Assembly: GCA_051362555.1 (NCBI GenBank)
Contig: CM120645.1
Coordinates: 3,038,001 to 3,102,000, forward strand
Direction: 5' to 3'
From: Lingula anatina
Lineage: Eukaryota > Animalia > Brachiopoda
DNA length: 64,000 bases
Part shown: one piece after another, positions 1 through 14,618 of the stretch
Position numbering within the stretch: the first letter of the stretch is position 1
How the letters are laid out: the number at the start of each line of letters is the position of its first letter
Position numbers and translations under genes: made by a program
Notes under the pieces: model-generated
The model's database searches: none
What the model saw: the letters and a program-made list of their open reading frames with translations, nothing else
What the model was told of the DNA's origin: nothing

Positions 1-30
1 TGACAAGAGAGAGAGAGAGAGAGAACTCAC

Positions 31-144
31 TGTGATATTTGGCCTGTTCCATTTCTCAAACACCTCCCCGTATGTGTCAGGAGAGCCGTCAGATATGATC
101 ATAATGGCCTGGTTACACTGGGTCCCTTCTCCATCAGATCTGGC
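31..144 (-). CDS. CACNA2D3: alpha-2/delta exon 11, [38 protein letters not shown]
   Basis: 114 nt, GTGAGT donor, CNQAIM.I.DG motif of the VWA domain. Confidence 0.95.
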
Positions 145-3100
145 CTTTATTGAACATATACATACATACTATAACTATTATTAACTAATCACTTTTATTT
201 TTACTTCATTTTTTAGAGACAAAAACATTATTTTTAAAAAATATTAACTATATGAATTGAAAGCAATAAATCCAGGTTTGATTTTCATCATAAAGTGCCA
301 TTTTTTATGCAAGGATTCACCACTGGACAATAGAGATCCTTAGACAATGGATGATCCATAGATGCTGGGTAATTGTTATGATGTGTTTTAAAATTCAATA
401 GAACATTTTAAGGATTTTGAGTTTTTATCTTCATGAGCAAGACAGAAACTGTGCGAGAAGAATCTGTTTTTACCTGGGAGTCCACTTAAACATAGGCTCT
501 ATTCCCATAGATTTTAGATCGATCTATCCCCGCGGGGAGTCTCACTAGATTACTTTCAGATAATCCGACTTAAATGTCCGTCCCGCCTACTACAAGCTGT
601 AAGGGGGTAATTAACTTTCGTGTCCGCCCGGCTGACAGCTATTTAGCGTGAACCCCCAGGGAGTTAGGTCGATCTAATCTATGGAAATGGGGTGATAGAA
701 TATTATCCTCATTGAACAAAACTCCTGATTTTTTAAGTGTAGAATACAAAATGTTTAAGTCCATTATGTTGGACTAGTGGCTAACATAGCAGACTGCATA
801 GTACTGGTACAAATAAAAACTTTAATATGAGTCAATTATTTCTGCCACATACCACATCCAGCAAGGCAAATGCCTCCTCCAAGGCTCGATCCAAGTGGGC
901 TATTTTTTTTATTTCCACATCCTTTACTGCTTCTTTTAATCTCTGCAAAAGATTTTTGTTGTACATTTAAATAAAGTCCATATTTCTTTACAATGAATAT
1001 ATTCCATTAGTAAAGTGAAAAATTAACTTGAAATCTTTTAGGACATAAAATAAGTTTGCAGATTTCAAACTATTCAATTAATTTGAAAACAGCACCTAAT
1101 TACTAAATGTTTTTTCATAGTAAACGAATAAATAAATAAATCTCACAGTCAAAGTTCATTAATATATCCTTTTCATGAAAAAAAAATAGTAAAAAATCAA
1201 AATCACTCACCTCTTTATTTTTTATGTTCGCTTGTATTAAAGTTCTATTAGAACATTTATCAATATATAATGGTTGTGTAGAATACTGAAAAAAAAAAAA
1301 AAACATTTGCTAATTAACATGCCAATCTATTCATGGTGTTTACATGAGGTCTTCAGTAAAACACACATATCAATATACATATTCAATACACTATTAAGGG
1401 AAAAATATCAATAGGATCAAAAATTCATTAAAAGAAAAAGGGTTTCTAAATACCAAACTTGATCAAAATGTATGCCTCACTAGTATTATCAAAAATGGGA
1501 CCTCAGAATACTTTTTTTTTTTATAACCTAAAACTATAACCTAAATCATTTGCTTTTGATCTTTAAACAGAAAATATCAGATGTAAATCTTAAATATACT
1601 AACATATAAAATATAATAAAATATACAAGGTCTCCTGCTCTTAAATCTTATCTCTTGATACATGTACTAGTGGACAGCAATTTCAAAGGGCGGGGGTGGG
1701 GTTCTGAAAAAGTCAACCCTTTTATCATCAAACCTGACTGTGCGTAAAATTCTAATCAGAACAGACCTTTCCCCAGCAAGAATGGCAGTTCACTTGAACC
1801 CCCTGGCCCCTTGGTTATGAACCTGTGGTAAATTTATTGTACTTACACTTATAATGTTGAAATAGTCATCATCACTCAGAGTGTCAAGAATTTTATTAAT
1901 TGTCGTTCGCGCTATTTTGCTCCTCAGCCCAGTCATACTGCCACTGGAGTCCAACAGAATTACGATATCCTTGGGAGACGCTGCCGCCTGGATGTACCTT
2001 GTGTCAGGGAGAACATAAAATATGGTAAAAACTTGAAAATTTCATCACTTAAAAATTAATTAATATTATAAAATATGTGAATCTGACTCGGGCATATTAG
2101 GTGAGGAACTTTACAAAATTATCAAGAGGCTCATTTTCAAGTATGACAAAATTCTCAAGGCCAACTTGATATTCAAGATCTTACGGTACCTGTGTTACAA
2201 CTCAATACCAACAGCAGACCATTTCACAGCATTCCCTCCATGAATACAATTTCATCAATATTTCATCATTATTGCTTTTTTATAAGAAATAAAAAAAAGG
2301 TCCAGGTGTCATAAGTCACCTGATATGTCACATGAATTGGCAAGTGCATTTGGATGTACGGATATATTGTTTAAAGTTTTGAATAATGATTTTTTTTAAA
2401 AATTCATATGCTGAACTCATGACAAATATTAAAAGAGCACATACATAAAATGTTACAGAGGAAGAGATACTGTGAAATGGCCATTATGATGGACCGAGGT
2501 ACCATGGAATGGCCGGAAGGTACCTTTACAGAGGGAGAGTCACCCAATCAAGTTTTTTTTTTGAAATTGTTTAAAAAAGGAATTTCCCATGGCAATCCAA
2601 AAGTTAAGTTAATGAAGACAACAAAATTGAATTTCTACTTATCATAAGAAAATTCTTGTTAATCATACAATCACAACGAGCTGAATTTATCATAATTTAC
2701 TCATTTTTATAGGCATACATTCTCAATGTGTTAATTAAAGTCAAATGATGAATATCATTGGAAATAAAAAATACTCTAAAATCAGGATCTCAAATAAATC
2801 CAACAAAGCGCAATCATTTATGAAAATAATTAAGACCACAAAGTGCAAGAAATAAGGAGACGGGGGGGGGGGGGGGGGGGGGGGATCAAAGGAAGAAAGG
2901 AAGTTACGTTTTCTGGAAATATATTACCAATTACTAGCACATGGAAACAGCTGAAATTAACAGCCTAAAAGCTTCATGCCATTTCTTACTTTTAACAGCC
3001 CTATTTTTGTGATGGTTTAATATAGCACAGTGCTAAAAACTGTCACCACTACTATGATGTCTATAAACATTCAGACAAAGTACATGAAGATGGCATTTGC

Positions 3101-6100
3101 AACGAGAAAAAAGTCTTATATCAGAAAAGACCACAATGAAAACAGTCTATGACATTAAAAAGCACAGGAAAGTATCAATACAAGATTTGAACCTAATGTG
3201 AGGTTAAACTAGGCAAATACATTGCCAAGACAGGATGACTGCTACTGGATAGCTATGTAACTAAATCAACTAACACATAGTGCACATCTTAATATAAAAC
3301 TATTCAGCACAAAAATTCCAAATTTAAGAAGAATACACATGAATGATTTCATATCTTTTGTATTTGAAATGAACATTCTACTGTGCATAATTCAGATTAA
3401 AAAATTATAAGGCAAACTGAAACATCGTCAAATTATACCAACAGGAAATCCTCAGTATAAATTAGACATTTTGAGCTTGGAAATGAATATCAGCACTTTC
3501 TGGATGTAATATACTATCTTACATGCTATCAACATTTTCTAAAATGAATTTTCGAACAGTCAACGCAAAACAATTTCACATGGCACGCACCAGCATGCAC
3601 ACAAGTACACGTAGAAAAATATAAATTACACCTTCTGTCTTACCACTCTCTGGTTCGACAGTCAAACAAATCTACACCTAGTGGAGGCGGTGGCCATTTA
3701 TAACCTATAAGATGCAGAGGGTGTGGTAGAGCAGTGATTGATTGGAAAAAAAGAAATCAGAAAACCATCAATCAGAACTTATCTGACAAGCAAGTGCATG
3801 GCAGTGCATCAGCTCTCAGAGACATGCTTACTGATTGGCCAATATTTCTCGGATAACGAATTAATTTTTTTTCATTAAGAAGGGTGAAGAATGGTCTAAA
3901 TTATTTGAATGGAAAAATATTTAAAAAAGTAAAAAATTAAAAAAAAATTTTTTTAACTTGATATTTGATTTGTTTTTACCCCCTCCAATTAAAAAAAAAA
4001 AAATTGTGCAAGTTTCAAAACTGCAATATATTGACAAATAAATAATCATGCAAAAAGTAGTTAGCCAATATGTTTCAAACTAGAAATTTTGGAAAACTAG
4101 TAAGACGCCAATGAGCAGATGTACTCCCAAAAGAATGATAACCACACTTTGAGCATTTGCAGGAAACTGAAACAAAAAGGACAAAGTGATCAGTATCGTA
4201 AGCAAATTATACTGGAAGATGAACTGTGCTGTGAAAGCTGACATGGGTATAGCAAATACAGCAAAACAGGTGCTGAAATGGAGAAACTATGGGCGGAAAG
4301 TGATGCACTATAATCCTTTCATAAGTGGAAAGGAAATACTTGTGTGACGTCACTACTTTTACCAGTATTTCATAAATGGAAAGGAAATACTGGATTTAGT
4401 CCTCTGATTTCATATTTTCGCTGAGGATTTGGTAAACTGACCTGTCAAAAGCCATTAGCTTGAACTAGAGCTCAGTTACTTTTGAATACAGAAGAAATGT
4501 TAACACACAAATTTTAAGATATTACATTTTTGACAACATTACGTTCTCATCCACGCAAAATACTTTTTTGGGAAAAAGAGCTGAATAAGCAGATGAGATG
4601 AGATTTTAGTGTCAATTTTTGGATAGTTAGACTTATTGAATGACTAACTGTGACCAAAGATAAAATGGTATAAATCTGCAGAAAAAATTAAGTCATCTAT
4701 TATTGATAGATTTAGTGCTTCACTCCCAAAAAATTGGTCAAAAGCTCATCACCAGTGTAAACTAACTCCATCTAACAGGATCGATCTATCTCAGAGGGGT
4801 TTCTTGCAAAATTGCTTTCAGCTTAAGCAACTTAGATGTCTGTCACGCCTACTGAAGCTTCTAAACGATAATTAATAACCCTCAATAGCCTCAGTAGGCG
4901 TGACAGACATTTAAGCCTCTTAATTTGATTGCAATTTAGCAAGAACCCCCTCGGAGAAGGATCGATCTTGTCAGATCGATCTAGGTATGGGAACCCAGTC
5001 ATACATGTGTATAGAGAGCCAAGTGAGTTGTATTAGGTCTTCCTTATCGTATGCCACTTGGCAAAAAAAGGCAATGCTGACCCATGGAGCTGTGTGTAAT
5101 GTGACCATTGTGACTTGGAGAAACCCCACACCAGGGTCATAGCGCACCTGTCATCATGATCAGAATATAGCATGAAAATTGGACTGTAGTTTTAAGTTAT
5201 CTGCTGACACATTTCGATCTAAATTGTAAGATGTGGTAAGGATTCATCAATATGAGATAAAATGGATAAAAGCAAAGTTGAATTGTGAATAAAAGAAGAT
5301 ATTTTTGCTATGACTGTTTTTGAATGGCTGTGTCTCAATAATTGTTTTTCTTCCATAAAACCATGCTTCATCTGTGTTTATATTTAATTATCAAATCCAA
5401 TAAAGCAAAAAAGCAACACACACGTCTTATTATTGAAATAAACCTTTCCTTCCGCAGAGCAGAATCTGTTTAATAGACCTTTACGTCTGACTACACTGGT
5501 CTGGTCACGTAACACTGCCGTCAAACCAAACTGGATTGATGGTTTATATGTGTACAGTTAGAAGACTATGGGTCATTTCACAAAAAAGTCAACATTGAGT
5601 CAAGTCATTGATCAACACACACATTACAATGTAACATTTGCATAATGTCTTTTAAACAACATTAAATTTTATTTACTGTTAATTTCTTTCCATGTTGGAT
5701 GGTAGTGTAAAATATTGAAAATAATGGAGCAAGTCAAATTAATGCAAATATTACACCAAATATATCCATCGCTGGCGTGACTTAAATGTTCACTTTTTTT
5801 TGCAGAATGACCCCTACATGTAAGAAGTCAGCTATGGGGAAATCTAAGAACAGCTAGGCGCCCGCACTCAGTAGAGCTGGAAATATGAGAAAAGGATGCC
5901 AATCAATTCTGAACCTTCTGCAAACTGCCCAAAGATGTATTTCAGCTTTTGCAAACACAAATCTGACAAAAATGTGAAATTTTGAATTTTAAGTGCGAAG
6001 TTGTTATTGATTTGTAAAGCTAACACCAAAATCTTTACATCTTGGCATGAACCAATTAAGCTTTTATAGTGTAAAGCTGTAAATGTTTTTTTCTTATATC

Positions 6101-9100
6101 ATTTAATATTCTGTAAGATTCCAAGATATCGAGGACAATCTACATACAGATCACGTGGTTATCTTTAGGCATTTTTGTCACAGTACAAAACAGATTGGCC
6201 AATGAGCAGCTAATTAATAAAGTGTGATAAGAATTAACAGAAGAGGTGCGTAAGGAGGTAAAATCTGCAGTCCACCCTGAGGCCAGTCATCAGCCACTTA
6301 CCAACCCCTTGTGCGGCAGTCGAACATGTCAATACCTCGGTACTGCCACTTCATTCCTTAAGAAAAATCAAATTGAATGTATGTGTTCATTAACTTTGAA
6401 ATAACAAAAAACCCTGTCATAAAATGAAAGAATGTCTCTGATTTCTTCACTCAGGTAATATTGCATTACTATACGTGCAAATTTTCAGGAATCATGCCGC
6501 AGGATGAAAACACTTTAAAAAATCCAAAAATAAACTGTTTTCAGATTTTGTTATTCCATTAAACCCAAGTAAAACATAGTGACTGTCTCTTCCATTTCCT
6601 GTGTCAACAAGATCTCAAATATCATGGGAGATCTGCTTCACTACACTGTTCTCATCATAGTCCAACAATGTATCTATATTACATATATATATACACATAT
6701 CTTCATGCACATATTTTCTACTGGTCAATCTGTTGTTTTACTGGTGTTGTTATCCATATTCAACATCCAATATTATTTCCAATATGTGACCAATGTGTTC
6801 TTTATGAAGGCTTATTCTCGCCTTCAACAAAAGAAAAATTAACTGTACTTTACAAATACTTAATAAGATCAAAATCTGTATTTTATTCACAAAATTCAAC
6901 CAAGGTGCATTTTCTAATCAAATTAGTGGTATTTTATGATTTACTGGATACAGTTGTTGAGGCACTATTTGTTTGTGATTCAATAATGCTCAGTAATGTG
7001 TCAAGCTCAATGTCAATGTAAAAATAGAAAACATTTCTTGGTTACTCCACTTACCTGGAAATGTTCGAAAAAATCCCGACGCACTCCCAAAGTACTGCCA
7101 GGTTAACGTGGGGTCTATTTCATAGTTCTTTTTAAAAACTGGATCTAATTTTTCCGACCAGGAAATGCCATTGCTGACATTTGGATCTAGAGGAAAACAT
7201 GAATAAAAAGTGATAAATATTCAACAGTTTGAAACAATTTAAGGAGTGAGACCGAAAAGTGATCTACTTTAAATAAAGCATGGCAGAACATCAGCTGATC
7301 AATGATTTTGCCAGAGGGAGTTAGGGTGGGGGGGCATCTGGGGGGGGGGGGCGCAAAGTTTGCCTTACATAGCTTGGAAAATGTATAAAATGTTGGGTTA
7401 ATTATTGGACACTGTTTTTATCTGCTTTGAACCAATAAATGTTCAGACCCTGATGGTTCAAAATTGATTTGATCACTAATATCACTGAGTATCACTGATG
7501 AAGAGAGTATAGAGCTACAAGTTATTTAATCACAAGCTGCAGCAAATAATATCCATAGGTATATAGGGCAATGATGCCGTGAACCTTAGAGAAAAAGTGC
7601 TTAATAAAAGAAAGAAATGATATCCTCATGCACTTATCACTCATCAACTCGGGCAATTATAGCGCCAAGCTCGAGACATATAGAAAGAAAATTAAGAAGG
7701 ACATGCCTGCCTCCAAGCCAATATGTATATGTCTTTTTTCTATTGTAATCCAGCTTTCAACGGGTGTGGTTAAACTAGTCTCACATAGATTGATAAAAAT
7801 GCTGCTGGGTTTGGCATATTAATAGTCACATTTTTTTTCATGGTACCTGTATATTATGATCCGTTGACCTGTAGAATTTGTAACAGATATCATACAAGTC
7901 ATTTAGGCATATTTGGTACACAGGACCGTAGCCAGCAATTTCAAAAGGGGGGTTCTTTTTCTGGAAAAGTGGACCATTTTCTATACAAACTTCATGTACC
8001 TAGATCAAATTTTACCCAGAGCGGACCTTTTCCCAGCAAAAAGGGCGGTTCTTTCTAACCCCCCGAACCCCCCCCTGGCTACGGGCCTGGTACATGTGGT
8101 ATACACAAAAGCAAAACAAAATTGAGTCTCAGGATTGACTCCATTTACTGGCATGCACCTTATGCTGTTGAGTATTGTGTCCCATCTACACAACAGCTTG
8201 TCCATAGCTGGCATAAGCATGCATATGAGACAGGCCTCTAGCCAAACATTTCAAAGATGGTTCTTTCCTGAAAAAATTGACCTTTTCAGGACCCCCTTAC
8301 TTCATCATACCAGAAAACTGGCACGGAACCCAGATCAATTACTTTCATGAAAACCAGACATTTTCCAACCACAACTGCCTAATAACACGTATGTCTGCAT
8401 TAATTTTTTTCATTACATCAGTCACGGTGGGCGTTTAAGCCATAATGGCTGCTTTTCCACATACAGAAACATTGGTTTTGAGTCAATCATGATTAAAACT
8501 AGCCAACTGGAGCTCATGTCATTAAGATTGATCTATTTTCAGTCAAATGTGAAGGCAGGCCATCTACTATGTATGGGTAATACCAACACAGGCTAGGTGG
8601 TCAATGGGCAGAGGTGGTGATTAGGCGTTTATATGGCTTCTGAGCATGATTATCCAGTCCATTTAAACAGTCAAGGTTTCGACCCATTGCCGTGAAAGAG
8701 GTCCCTGAATGACCATCAAGGGGGCAAGAAACCAGGGCTGTTAGACACAGAACTGAAAACTGAGTAATCAGATCACAGCAGCATGTTTTCTTAAGAGCAA
8801 GAAAAGCTATATTGAGTCATCACATATCATTTTACTGTGAAGTTTCTAGAATAAAATTTGAGGAAATTTTCAATTATTTTGACCTTCTGTTGCAGAAACT
8901 TTGATGTCCTTATATAATAATCATCATAGTAGAATGTTTGTTCCCAATCAAAATTAAGCCAATTAACTGGCGCTGTTGAGCATGGAGGCTCCATTTAGGC
9001 AATTCTCTTGCTTTGTAGCTATGGAAGCTTCTAAATAATCATCTCTCAAACTGCTGATATACAGGAAACTGTGCCACTTGACGTGAAAAGAACAATATAC

Positions 9101-12100
9101 ATGTAGTCTAACCTAATTCAAAGAATGAAAAAGGTACATTTATTTCAGATGTAAGACTAATAAATACTCTTCCGACAGCAAAATCAATTGTATTCTTAAT
9201 TTAATTTAGTTAATATTCTCTTTAAAAATATATCATTTGGTCTATCAAATACAGACTTTCCTTAACCAACATATAGGACAAAATTAAACAACCATTCTGT
9301 GTAACCTTCTTCCCCCCCTCCATATCTCCCTTGCTGCTCAAGTATGCTTCTAGCAATAAAATCGACTCCCAGAAGTAGTTTCCAAGAATGCCCCCTTAAT
9401 ATCCGATATGTCATGTTTGAAAAGCTGTAAGGAGCACCACTTGATAGAACATGTAAACAACCTGGTTTCTTTCCAACAGACGACTAATTGTGCATTGATT
9501 CCTTTTTCATGAAGAAGCCCAAAAAGATAATTAAGGGGAAAGTTAGCAACCTGAAACATGTTAAGACCACGCCATATTATATAGTTCGGATTAGAAAACT
9601 GTTGACTTTTCGTTTCTTTCTCTCTCTCTCTCTTTTTTTTTTTTTTTTTTGATGGGGTGAGAAGGTAAAGTGGAGGATAGGGGTGGGTGGGTTGAAACTG
9701 TATGCTAAAAGTTTGGTTCTGATCCTTCAGTAAAAAAAGAGATCTGTATTGCATGACATACAATTAATTAAATTTACAGAATATGTTGCACATAATGACC
9801 TCACTTAAAGCAGATACCTATATGATTATATAACCTGGAATATGGTAGTTCCAGATCTGTCTTACAACAATGATTGATATAGTTACATGCATATTACAAA
9901 CTTTACACATATAACGAACAAAAATGGCCAGACCAAATTAGTATATTATAAACATTCTGAATTTTATTGTTACACTATCAATATTGTATGAATGTGGTGC
10001 TACAATTGCCCGAGTTGAGGAGTGTTATGAATAGTATCGTTTGTTGGTGAAAGTAGGATTCAAACGGAAACGAGCTGCTAACAGACAAAAAGCAACCAAT
10101 TATAACCAAAACTATACCTCCTTGTTGGAGGTAAGTAAGAGAGCCTTCATACAAGAAATACAACCTTTCCTTTGGAGATGCTAATGATTGAAGGTTTCAA
10201 TGATGCAATCATGGTTGGAAGAAGATAGGTTGAAAGAAAAAGATACTTACATCTGTCATAAACATCTGTTGGAACATGCACAGTGCTGTAGTTTAGATTT
10301 ACTCGAACATAATTGAAATGCTCATCTTCGTGAACAGTCAGATTGAGCCATTCGGGGTTAAATTGCAAATGTTCATTTTCGTCATCCACCATTGTTGGAG
10401 GCATGGTGGCACCCGGCTCCGTTGTGACATAGTTTCCAGTTTTTTCATTTATTTCATTGATTCTTTTGGCATTGTAATAATGAAGCTGGAAAAAAAAAAA
10501 GACGCAAGTTGTGAATGCTTCCCAATTATATCAACATGTATACAAAGTGGCAAAATAACCCCATGACACAGCACACGAGTGTTTTTCAGCCTTTTCCACT
10601 GAAGATTACTTTTATGACTTCTGCTTTTATTACACAGAAAAAAAAAATACATATTTTGTGAATACTGCAAAACTGGCATTTATACTTGTGTAAAATTTTC
10701 AAAATGAATTGACAAAGAGGGGCATGAGATTTGTACAACACTTCACGACAAGAGTACATCTTTACTTTTGCCAGCGCAAAAATGTCAGTAAAGATGTTTA
10801 CGTCCTAGAAAATTGAAAAACCCTATCAACTGCTATCAAGGCAATCAAATAATCGAAATGGTAACTGCTTCCCGTCAACAACTATCGGTCTTTCAGAAAA
10901 TGTAAAGGAACTAAAAAGACTTGAATGTCCAAAATCAAAAACGTACTTAACCTGCAGTGCACAGACTCAATTTGGAAAACAAATTAATTTCTCTAAAGGT
11001 CAATCCACTTTTTTTATTTTGCTCATGTAGTGTCTATTATTCCCTGTGTAGGAAGAAATCATCCACCTACTCGACATTAATTGCTAATTGCCAATTGCTA
11101 TAATAACTTCATTTTCTCAAATCTAACACCAATAATCAAGAAATTTACATTCCTCACATGGGGTGGCAACAAGACTGTGAAACTGATAAATAAAAAAGGA
11201 ATACAAAATGACAAACTTGTGGTGAACAATAATGAAAAGCCCTTTAGGTAACTGTGAAAAGTCAGATTTCATTTCTCAAAAGCAGTTTCCCTCTGTGCTT
11301 TTCCCTCGTTTGTTGTCATTTTTGTTACGATTTGATTTGACTGCTTCTGATTGGTTGTTTTACAGCAAAGTCGTGGATCGGACCAAGAAGTTTTCTTGTA
11401 ATCAGAACTGCGTTTGTCACATAGTTGATGCTAGATGTAGCAGAAAAGTTTTCAAAATTTTAATTTTATGATCATAATGTACCTAATACACATTTCCTCA
11501 AATGTGGCTACAAGGCAAGGTTAAATTCAGTCAAATAAATAACACTTTTTTCACAGCTGAAAAAAAAAAAGAGAGAAAAAAAAACACAAATGAGATCATT
11601 TGGATTCAGTGTCACAGCCCCTTAGCCTAATACCATACATTCTTGAAAGTCACACAGTGCTCTCTGTACCCCTTGTTTATTTGATTAATAAGTTATGGAT
11701 TCAAAGGAAAATTACATTTCCCAAGGGTAATTAAGTTACAATCATCAGTATTCAGCCTTATTTTGTCTAACAGAAAGATGACCCAAGCCCAGGATAGGTT
11801 TAGAAACCTCTCACACTGCTTGAGTTGACATTAGGTTCCGGTCCTTTATTAAATCAATGACTTCCTCGAGTGTGATTCCCTTGGCCACTTGCTTGCACAT
11901 CCTGTAGGCTAAAATGTCACAGCTAGTTGAAATGTCAAAGTTAGTTGAAAAGTCACAGCTTGTGGTGACATTGAACGATAAGGGTGAAAGCAATTAAGTG
12001 GAATCTCCCACATGTATATGCCAATACAGACACCAACCTGTATTGGATGTTTTACACAATGTAATAAAGAAAACACCGCTTAATAAGCACTTATATTTCT

Positions 12101-13766
12101 ATATCATGCATTTAAATATAGTATCACATCTTTTAAAAACTTACATCTATCTCTGGATCAAACGTATGCTGTTTATTGGCTTCTTCTGCTGCTTCAACAA
12201 GTCTCTAGAACAAAAAAGGCAAAATATTTAAAAAGCAACATAAAGTTAAATATATTAAGTTAAGGACAAGGACTTAATTTTGAGGTTTTTAAAAAAATGT
12301 ATGTAATCTGGCATTATTGTTAAAGAGGACCTGAAATTTTTTCATAGAATGTCACCGTTTATCTTGAAGCAGTACTTTATCTACTGCCATCAGCAAGTCC
12401 AATAGTTTTCATTAAAATTTACAAGATTTAAAGACAGAAATTGGGCTTTAAGTTAAAGATGTGATTCATCTTGCTTTTAAAGTTAAGACTTTTGGGAAAA
12501 AATTCCTTCATGAGCAGCACATGTAAATATTCATCCAAGCCAAGGGGGTTGTAGGGTTTCGAAGGGGGGGGGGATTCAAACACACCACCCTTTTGGCCGA
12601 AAAAAAAAATCCCTTCCGAATCAAAATTTGACTCTGGTTCTTTGCCATTGTTTATTTAATGGTAACATGGTTCGCTTTTTTTCAGACCCCCACCCCTTTT
12701 AAAATTCCTAGCTACAGGTTTGAGCAATGTCACCTGTATGAAGATCTTCGCTCATGATTCCTCAACTCTACTCAGTGCCAGCTCATTACTACTAAATCCA
12801 TCACTCAATCTCAAAGTCTTCATTTATGGACAGCATACTCTCGCTTCTTCATTTGTTTTCTTGTCTTACTTGTACACAGTACATCATTAGCAGAACACTT
12901 AGTTTGTAATCTAGCCGGTCATTCATCATTAAGATGAATTGCTGCACAATTTCTGCCTATCTCAGATATCATGCCATGCATTGGAATTAAGAACTAACAC
13001 AAGAGAGATGGCAATAAAACCGTGATCAAATACCCATAAGTTCACACGTACAATGTAATTTCTCTTTAATAATAAAATGCCTACTCATATACATTCACAG
13101 GTGTGATGCAATTTATCTTCATAATGATCGAATGCTTATCAACTGTTACTAATATATTCATATTTTCCCAGGGACAATGTACTTTATCTTTTAATTGACA
13201 GTCAAATGCCTATATTTAGAGGAATGACATAATTACATCATTACAATAGGGCAATTAGTATAAGAAGTAATAAAACAATTATTATGACTCATCAGATGTA
13301 TTAATTGGTGCATTGAAAAAAAAAACTGTACTGTTGTAATATCTGTGGCATTCAGAAACCATTAACACTTCATAAAAAACAATTCTTCTTTTGTTAATAA
13401 ATACAGTCACCAAGTACTTGTAGCAGCTGTTCAAGAACCTTCTAATGTTCCCCAATGTCTCTCCTAATGATTCCATAGATTGAGAAAAAAAGGGGATATT
13501 GATGATATGTGCTGAAGGCAAAATGTACTAAGAAATTGATACTCATGTAGTGTTATTACCATGGAGTACATGAATGATGGTCAGACCAAGACTTGAATAC
13601 AAACTTTAAATCTTAGAGATATGTACACAAATGCATGCATCTCCTTCCATCCCCCCTCCCCTCCCCCACCCTCTCTCTCTCTCTCTCTCCCTTGCTGTCT
13701 CTCTCTCTTTCTCCCTTGCTGTCTCTCTCTCTTTCTCCCTTGCTGTCTCTCTCTCTCTCTCCCTTG

Positions 13767-13836
<70 letters not shown>

Positions 13837-14566
13837 GTCTCTCTCCCCCTGTCTCTCTGTCTAGTGAACACATGTAATTAAGTTGTTGAAGATTCCATGG
13901 GACGTGAGACAGAGGCAATCATACAGTGGCTTGATTAATTCATATGTACATGTGCCCAGAAATGAGCTAAAATGCACCATTTTCTTCATGTACTTCTCTA
14001 TGAGATTGCTTCAAGGGATATTAGCAACATGCAAATACCACATGTACAGCATATAGAAGAACCCCCCCCCCCATTCTCCCCAAATATGCCTTTTTTAAGA
14101 GAGAGGAATAAACCAGTGAGAACACATTTAATACAAACCAGAAAGGAGAGAGAGAAGTGGCTGTTACTTAGAGCCACCTCCCTAACCTCCATGACAATTT
14201 AAAATCCTAAATTGCTGCACAACTATATTACAGTATGGCAAAATGGAGATATCATGCTCAGTCAAACACATACATTTTTACACCGAGTGCCTTCAATGAT
14301 GCAGAAAAATAACCTTTGAGAATACAATGATCAGATCAGGAAGTTACCAATACCGCTTGCATGTCATATGCCTATGATTATCCCGAGTATTTCTACTTGA
14401 TTTGTTTTGTGTGTGACTTCATTTGTAAAAGCCTACAGCCAGATGATGTGAACCATCTTAATTTTGCATGTTTTATACAGATAAGTATTGGAGGTAATCC
14501 TTTGGATGTCTTCTTTACAGGATTATGGTTTATATTGTCTGTCTCACTGTCTTCAGGCGTCTTAAT

Positions 14567-14618
<52 letters not shown>

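Noticed and set aside
2862-2884. Poly-G tracts (also 51847-51886 and others) as functional G-quadruplexes
   Set aside because: Such runs are common throughout the window, often inside MITEs, and homopolymer lengths are unreliable; nothing specific supports function.
13581-13918. Overlapping RE-rich and LS-rich ORFs
   Set aside because: Produced by the (CT)n microsatellite; the same applies to the HT/CV-rich ORFs at 14361, 35279, 38359, 41455, 47133 and 55453.
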